A stretch of 56,175 nucleotides of DNA, counting the filler, from Jimgerdemannia flammicorona (lineage: Eukaryota): the NCBI GenBank assembly GCA_003990765.1. It is 3 parts of 3 records of this genome, joined end to end, with 100 filler letters (N's around TTAATTAATTAA, not from the genome) between each part and the next. Parts side by side here need not be neighbours in the genome. Positions count along the whole stretch, not along the records: positions 37,518 to 56,175 come from RBNJ01002148.1; 2 more parts are not named here. The stretch is one strand, 5' to 3'. Position 1 is the stretch's first letter, and each line of letters starts with the position of its first letter. Made by a program: the position numbers and the translations under genes. Of this stretch, positions 48,743-56,175 are shown piece after piece. Under the pieces are notes generated by a model that was not told the origin of the DNA, did not search any database, and was given only the letters and a program-made list of their open reading frames with translations.

Positions 48743-51483
48743 ATGCCTCAACCTTTGAAGAAACGCAAACGTGCCGAGCCTTCCGCCGTGAGTGCGAAAC
48801 CGACACGCAAATAGAATTTAACCCCATTGAACCCCAAATTCATACCTTCGGGTTTGTTCCTAGGATTCCGAGAAACTATCAGAGCTGAAGCAGCTCGTCG
48901 CCAAAGTCAAAGAGCTCGAACAAGGCGTCGCGGCGAGCAAAGCCAACCTAAACAATATTGTCAGCCTTCTAGAGCTCTCCGAGGTTCGGATCCAATTGCT
49001 CTCAATATTCTGCAAAAGCACCGTTCAGTATTATCTCACCATCCCCCCTTTCCCGCAAATCCATAATCAGCACGACCACCCCAAGGTCATCCACGCGTCC
49101 CTCCACGCCCTCCACCGCGTCTTCACCCCTTTCCTCGCCAAGGGTGAGCTCCAGCGCCCCAAGAAGCAACCCACTGCGGATGATAAGAAGGTCACGGTCA
49201 CATTCTGGCTTCGCGATAACTACGTGCGCTATGTGAACCAGCTGTGCAAGCTCCTGCAGCACAACGAGCCCGGACTTCAGGTATTTCTCTCTCAACATCC
49301 TTTGCGCTCGATTTAATCTCACTCTGATTGTTTATTAACTCGAACACCCTCTCGTCCAGCTCCCCGCTCTCAACGTCCTCCTTGACCTCCTCCGCGTCGA
49401 GTCCTCACATCTTACCCTTGTCTCCAAGTCGCACCACTTCGCCAATGACCACTACGCCCGCGTTGTCGAGGCTGTGCTCGCGAACCCAAATTTTAGCCAG
49501 CCACTCCAGGCCGAGTTTGTGGACAAGTATATCAATGTTTATGACGATTTGAGATATTATTTCTTCAAGGATGCGGCGTGAGTATACTCATATTTTATTT
49601 TATTGAAACTCGGGAATCGGAAATGTGTAACGGGTCGGATTGAATCTCTTGGAGAGATGTAGATTAGTTTCATCTGGATATCAGTCTGGCTGACAGATTC
49701 TGTTGTTTCAGTAAGTTGATTACGACGACACTCGAGACAGGCAAGCTGAAAAATGGTGCGACGGCTGTCTCAAAGGTACTATAAGCCTAGCTTCATATTG
49801 GCTCTGCATCCCATTAAGTTTATGCGGCGGTGTCCGATTCCTCACCGCCAAAATTTCTATTATTCACAGAAAAAGAAAACCATACCCACACCCGCCCCCC
49901 CACCAATCCCCTCGTCCTTTATCACGACTCTCACGACCAACGCCTTCGCGATTCTTGAGAATATTCGCACGATGCCGACCTCCGAGTCCGAGATCGATGA
50001 GTTCTGGACCGGCCACCCAGACCCAATGCAAAAATCCGAATCGTCTATCGACGACTCCGGATTCGCCTCTTCCGACTCTGAGGGCGACGACCCCACAAAC
50101 CTGGCGTTAGCTCCCAAAAAGAAGCCCCCCCTCCTGCAGCTCCTCGTGCATCGCCGCGCGCTGTCTGATTGCTGGCTCGCGTTCCTCAGGCTCCCGTTGC
50201 CGAGCGATGTGTACAAGAAGACACTGCTCATCGTGCATAAAAGGATCATGCCGCATATGCCGCAGCCCACGTTGTTGATGGACTTCTTGACGGACTCGTA
50301 TAATACTGGTGGGTGGGGAAACGGAGGGTTGGTGCTGCGATGAGTTTAGGTGGTGCGAGTGTGGGGAGCCAATTTTGTTGAAGATAATTGTCCGGGACGC
50401 TCACTTCGTTTACAATCCTCTCCAGGTGGCGCCATCAGTCTGCTGGCGTTGAACGGTCTCTTCACCCTGATCACCGAACACAATCTGTGAGCGTGAGATT
50501 CATTCTTTGCCACTCGCGCTTATGATACCACCGGGCATGTTTGTTTTCTTCGAATCGGTATTAGTTGTATTTTTGACGTTTTTTTTTTTTTTTTTTTTTT
50601 TTTGGCACAATTACACAGCGACTATCAGGACTTTTATCCCAAGCTCTATCACCTCTTCGATCGCAATCTGATGCACGTCAAATATCGGTCAAGATTCTTC
50701 CGCTTGGTAGACGTATTCCTGGCTTCCACGTACGAGAATTCGTTTCGCTTCATCAACGATTGCATACGTACGAAACGGGGAGTCAATTTCCAATCCCATT
50801 CTTTGCTCCTCCTAACAATACATCAGACATCTTCCCGCGACCCTCGTCGCGGCCTTCATAAAACGCATGTCTCGCCTCAGCCTGACCTCCCCCCCAGCTG
50901 GGATCGTGATCCTGATTCCGATGATGTACAACCTTCTGAAGCGGCACCCGACCTGCATGGCGCTTATCCACCGCACGGAGGTGGCCGCGGGCGCGACGGG
51001 CGACGACCCGTACGACTTCGACGAGCCCGACCCGTACAAGGCCAACGCGCTCGCGTCTTCGCTGTGGGAGGTTCAAACCCTGCAGGAGCACTACTACCCC
51101 AACGTCGCCACACTCGCCAAGATTTTCTCAGAGCAGTTCACGAAGCCAAGCTACAATCTGGAGGACTTTTTGGATCATACTTATGCCACGGTAGGTGGCA
51201 TGGTTCTGGTGTTATTCCGTGAAAACACGACATCAATTTTCCTCTCCTAATATCGTGCCATTATCAAAACTTTACGTTCACCACAATCCCCTAGTTCTTC
51301 GAGACGGAAATGACCCGCAAGCGAAAGAATCCGCCGGCAATGGCCTTTGAAGTGCCCGACTACCTGTTCCCGATCGCCCCAAAGACAATTAATGAGGATG
51401 CCAAGGCGGTGAATGGCAAGAATGCGGCTGAGGAAGAGGATGCGGACGAGGTGGTGGGACGGTGGGCAGTGTGGGCGTTTTGA
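48743..51483 (+). CDS. NOC4: Nucleolar complex protein 4 (CBF/Mak21 family), multi-exon
   Basis: YDDLRYYF, LMDFLTDSYNTG|GAISLLALNGLF, DYQDFYPKLY..KYRSRFFRL..FLAST, AFIKRMSRLSL..PP, YNLLKRHPTC, ALASSLWE..LQEHYYPNV, FLDHTY. Confidence 0.93.
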
Positions 51484-51828
51484 ACTAGGAAATGGGATGC
51501 AAAGCCGTTTCGTTCGTTTCTGTATAAAAAAAAAAATACTTAATAGATTGGTCGGGCATGACCCTTAGATTCATATTTTGTGTCAAGTTTGACTGCATCA
51601 TGGTGTATAGTTCTTGATATAAACGGTGTTTCATTTTGGTGTTTCAGTGTCTCGGCTTCGAACTTGGAGTACTAGGTCCGCGTGGTGGGAGTCCAGCAGG
51701 TGACTACTGGCAAGGTCGAAGAACGACTTGCATGTCTTGGCGGTGCGAAGCATAAGATTTTCGAATTTGGGGGTTGAAGCCCATTCACGATACCCAGATA
51801 CCTTTTACTCAATTTCTGTGAAACAACC

Positions 51829-52078
51829 ATGTCCGAAAACACCCGCCTGAAAGACCTGCTGCAAAAACTCAAGCCCTTTGACGCCTTGGACAGAGCCCAC
51901 CAAACTGAAATCTTGGCCTGGAAGAAATATTTTGACTTCAACGATGAACTCCGTGCCTGCCTCTACTCCTTGGCCGTGCCGCAGCTGGTGCCTTACCTTG
52001 TCTGGATTCCATACGATTCTCTTTACAGTTTAAGGAGTCTTGCCGAAGGTGGATTTGCCAAAGTTTACCAGGCGCAAG
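51829..52078 (+). pseudogene. N-terminal fragment of a protein kinase truncated by retroelements
   Basis: WIPYDSLYSLRSLAEGGFAKVYQA is kinase subdomain I; sequence then switches to a Copia fragment. Confidence 0.7.
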
Positions 52079-52231
52079 TTGTTTTAAACAATGACCCATA
52101 TCTATCATCTTGAATTCCTGATATAGTGTCATTTTGACTTTGTTAATCTCACTTGCCATTCTGACCAGAATGATATCATCCACCCAAATTCCTAGGTATA
52201 CCATTCCTGAGGATATATGCTAGATATATAT
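52079..52231 (-). mobile_element. Ty1/Copia RT fragment
   Basis: VYLGIWVDDIILV....EINKVKMTLYQEFKMIDMG. Confidence 0.75.
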
Positions 52232-52689
52232 TGTAACGTAGTGGACGCTTACTCTTGAAAGTACGTCAGATTTCTGTATCTTGAAAACTTGACCGTTCTG
52301 ACTCTTGCAGAGTCTCTTGAAGTTGTAGGGGAGGGTAGGTGAGTTCGAAGTGTATCTGCCCACAGGCTTACTAGTTCCTTTGCTATCTCTTTGCTTTGAA
52401 CTATTTCGATCTGAGGTTTATTCACTTGAAGATACTGGGTTATTTATACAAGTTTGCTAGCTATGAGAGGGTGGCTAAGTAATAAATGAGTCATTTGGAC
52501 TTTGTTGAAACATTTGGACAATGTCTAAATGCTATACTAAATCAGGGTATTCAATTTGAATAATGTCTAAAAGTTTAGACAATGTCAAAATCGAGGACTG
52601 CTAACTATAAGGCTATACTACTTTGGGACTGGGTGCGATCAAGTATCTATTCCTTATTTTCTTCTTCCAAATTTGGCTATACCATCACA
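52232..52689 (-). repeat. 3' LTR of second Gypsy family
   Basis: TGTAAC...CATCACA; PPT TTCAGGAGGAAGT adjacent on the minus strand; TATA/poly(A) block GTATAAATAACCC..GAATAAACCTCAG resembles the other LTR family. Confidence 0.8.
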
Positions 52690-52726
52690 ACTTCCTCCTG
52701 AATAGATGGTCTCATCTCTGAGGTAT

Positions 52727-53164
52727 CTATTCAAACTCTCAGACTTCAACCATCTGTATGGTCTTGTACTGTGCAATTTGCTGCATAACTGTTTCCCAAT
52801 GATGTCTTCTCACTTTCTCGAAGTCAGTGGGGGTTACTCCTCTCAGGTGGTCTATTGCTGGTTCATTTTCTCAGAATAACTTGTGGATCCTTTTGGCAAT
52901 AGCAATCTGTGAGTGAGAGAGTTGACACTCGGCAATCCAGTCCTCTTTGGTCTTTGCTGGATCCTGATTGAGCACCTGTCCAATCTTGAAGTACTCTTAG
53001 AATTCTGCTTGATATTGATAGGCTCTAAAGTGTGAGATCCAAGAGAGATGAGTCTATACAATACTCTGAATATCCTTATAGTATGTCTCTATGGTTGGAG
53101 GCTTGGTGGTGTGCCATTGTCTTTCGATGGCTCTTTGGGCAGCACTAGTGATCTTGAGTGCCAT
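52727..53164 (-). pseudogene. Extra ORF3 after integrase (~145 codons)
   Basis: MALKITSAAQRAIERQW..F*EYFKIGQVLNQDP..IAKRIHKLF*ENEPAIDHL..DFEKVRRHHWETVMQQ; single frame; stops explainable by C->T. 3' end approximate. Confidence 0.65.
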
Positions 53165-53178
53165 CACAGTACTTTTGT

Positions 53179-55976
53179 TACTGGCCATGATATTTCTTGA
53201 GTTGGTTTCGGTGAATGGTGGTGGGGATTATTGTGCCTGAGAGTTTTCATAGCCAAAAGGTGGTCTCTTTTATATCTTGCATAAGGTAAGGTCCTTCCTA
53301 CTTGGGCTCCAGTTTCCGTGACCATGAAGCTTCTACTATATTCCGATACACTAAGACCTTGTCTCCTATCTTGATAATCTCCAAGGGCTTGTGGGTCTTT
53401 TCTGCATTCCTCCATTGTAGTGTCTGTACCTTAGTTATGTAATCCTCAGCCTTCTTCCTGATTTGGTATAGTCTCCATATTTCTATGTCCACATGTTTCC
53501 ATACAGTATCTCCATTGGATAATAGGGTTCCTTGAGAACATTCTTCTTTGAACAGCATTTCTTGAGGGGTAAAGTGGGTGCTTTGTAATCAGATATCTCG
53601 GAGAGCAGATAATGCTATTGGCAGATAGTGATCCCAGTTCTTGTAGTTATCACAGATCTTGGTGATAACATTCTTGAGGGTTTTGTTGGTCCTTTCTACT
53701 TGTCCATTTCCTTAGAGGTGATAGGCTGTAGTCCAAATATGCTAGATCTTGTACTTTTTGTAGAGAATCTCAAAGAGCTGGTTCATGAATTCTATTCCTC
53801 TATCTGTAGTTACTTGTGTCGGGGTCTTGAACTGGCAGATGATTTCCTTGTAGAAGAAATCGGCGATTGACTGTGCATTGGCTTCCTTGAGGGGTCCTGC
53901 TTCTATCCACTTTGTAAAAAGGTCTACGATGACAATGATATATTAGTTACCGGTCAGGGTCAAGGGTAGAGAGCCGATTACATCTATTGCTATATAGGCA
54001 AATGGTACTGGTTCTATGTGTGCTAATCCTGGGGCTTGATTCCATTGGTCTTGTTTCTGTTTCTGGCATTTGTCGCATGTCTTGACAAATTGTCTGATAT
54101 CTTCCTCCATCTCTGGCCACCATATTGTTCTTCTTGCCTTGTCATACATATTCATTCCTCCTAGATGGCCAAGTTCATGTACTGATTTCATCGTTTGCTC
54201 CTTCTTGTGTTCTGATATGACTAGTAGTTTTCCTTTCTTTAGTGTTTCTCCATTGGTTTCGAATTGTTTCCATGTTCTGTTGATAATCATTTGTGTTCAT
54301 TCTTCCAGATGTTGGGGCACCTTTTGCTGTCTCAGGTATGTGATAATTCCATAGTAGAGCTCTTTATTCATGATTGATTTGTTGGTTGGAGGTAGTTCGA
54401 GGTATCCATGAGAGAGTATCTGCATTGGAATTTGTTCTTCCAGGGCGGTATATGATGATTACATTATAGGCTTATAACTTCATTATCCATCTGACATAGA
54501 TTCCCTTGGGTTGTCCAGTGTCAGTAGCCAGGTGAGAGCTGAGTAGTCCATCTGGATGGTGAAGTGTCTTCCGGCCAGATAGTAGTGGAATTTTTCTACA
54601 GCCCAGATGACTGCAAGGCATTCCAACTTGTAGGACTCATATTCTTTTTCAGCCCCTTGGGTTCCATGGCTAAGATATGCAATGACATACTCTTTTTTGT
54701 CTTCTTTTTGAGCTAGGACTGCTCCTAGTCTCTGTGCACTTGCATCTGTCTGAAGGATAAATTCTTGGATCCAATTGGGTCGTCTGAGGATAGGTGCCTG
54801 AGTTAGTCTGATCTTGAGTTCATCAAATGCTTTTTGTTGTCTGCCAGTCTACTGAAACTTGGTATCTTTCTTGTTGAGTTTGTAGATTGGACCTGTAATA
54901 TTGGAGAATCCTCTAATGAATCTGCGATAGTAGGAGACAAGTCCCATGAAGGCTTGGGCTTCTGTAACAGTAGTGGGTCTTGGATATACTACTACTGCTT
55001 ATATTTTGAGAGGGTCCGTATGTGTTCCATCTCGATTGATAATATGGCCAAGATAGGAGATCTCAATTTCTACAAACTTGCACTTCTTGGGTTTGATATA
55101 AAGGCCATGTTGTCTTAGTCTCTCCATTATCTGCTGTATGTACTGCAGATGTTCCTCAGGTGTCTTACTGTAGATGATTACATCATTGACATAGACCATC
55201 ATCCATCTTCCCATATTATAGTGGAAGATTTTGTTCATTATTTGCTGAAAGCTTGCTAGTGCATTGCACATTCTAAATGGCATTCATAGGTAGATGTAGG
55301 TTCTGTCTGGGGTGATGAAGGCTGACTTTTCACTTGCCATCTCTGTGAGTCCAATTTGGTGAAATCCTGAGTATAAGTCCAAGGTGCTGTAGTACTCTGC
55401 TTCGTCTCCCAGTGTTATAAGGATGTCACTGATGAGTAGCAGTGGTTAGCGATCCTTCTTGGTAACTGCATTGAGCTTTCTGTAGTCGACACAGAGCCTT
55501 GGAGCAAATTCTCCAGGTTTGCTTCCTTTTTTCGGAGCTAGTACAACTGGTGAAGACCAGGGGCTACTGGCTTCTTTGATGATGCCGGCTTCTTCCATCT
55601 GCTTGATTTCTTCTCTGAGCCATTCTCGGTAGGCTGGCGGGACAGGTCTTGCCTTCTGGTAAATTGGTTCAGTGTCTCCAGTATCTACCTTGTGATAGTA
55701 ATGTGGGGTCTTTTCCTTGATATCCTTGAAATCCGTGATAAGGACATCCTCGAATTTGTGGAGTATTTTCTTGAGTTCCTCCTTGAGTGGGAATTCATCT
55801 CCAATGGTATAACTGTGCTTGCTTGTGTTTTCCTCCTTCTTATGCTCAAGTTTGGTGATCTTGGTGCTGGCAAATACTCCTCTTCCTGTGGATCCAAATC
55901 CTTTCTTTCCTCTTTTCATTTCCTCTAGATTCTTAACTTCTATGATCCTTGGCTGTATGATTAGGAAGATCAACAT
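53179..55976 (-). mobile_element. Second Ty3/Gypsy pol (dUTPase C-terminus, RT, RNase H, integrase), degenerate
   Basis: RGKKGFGSTG, SSPWSSPVVLAPKK..RLCVDYRKLNAVTKKD, MPFRMCNA..YVNDVII, HELGH..WWP..CDKCQ, IAIDVIGSLP, IGDKVLV..KLEPK*EGPY. Unrelated sequence begins at ~55977. Confidence 0.92.
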
Positions 55977-56175
55977 CCAGCTCCTTTCTCCGCTACCTTA
56001 CCAGTCACAAGGTTTGGTAGGCGACCTTCCGAGTCCCCTTTCCCCTAATATTACCCCCTCTACCTCGGGTTGGTTTGCTGTGCCTGCAGGGGCATGGTGG
56101 GAGGAGGGCAATGGTGATGAGTTGCCCCTTTATCAGTGTCGGATCGGTGCTTCCTCCACTTTTGCGTGGATTCTG

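Noticed and set aside
55977..56175. CpG-containing sequence interrupting the dUTPase at the window end
   Set aside because: Probably another insertion, but too short to classify.

Overview
Eukaryotic, most likely fungal, DNA. An early-diverging (Mucoromycota-like) source is inferred from gene content and is not proven. Two N-gaps with an artificial TTAATTAATTAA linker split the window into three contigs. About 70% is nested, C->T-eroded transposable elements: (i) a Ty3/Gypsy pol split by a 5.9-kb hAT transposon (8-bp TSD) that carries a second, divergent Cys-rich/acidic gene and two adjacent hairpins; (ii) three copies of an endonuclease-less Penelope-like retroelement (ORF1 with twin Zn fingers, then RT in the -1 frame) forming fold-back palindromes centred on a ~151-bp loop closed by a 15-bp inverted repeat; (iii) a three-deep stack of Gypsy LTR elements, including one full-length 10.2-kb copy with a tRNA-Pro PBS, a dUTPase and an extra ORF after integrase; (iv) a second Gypsy family at the right end with a dUTPase remnant and an apparently homologous extra ORF; (v) hAT-type MITEs and Copia fragments. 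Host genes: a DUF4246-like protein, a secreted EcsC-family protein, a conserved '-PKYGA' protein, a septin, probable mitochondrial mL50, NOC4 and a truncated kinase. The best novelty candidates are the snap-back Penelope-like system, the conserved ORF3 of dUTPase-bearing Gypsy elements and the hAT accessory gene. All family assignments come from motif recognition by eye; no searches were run.
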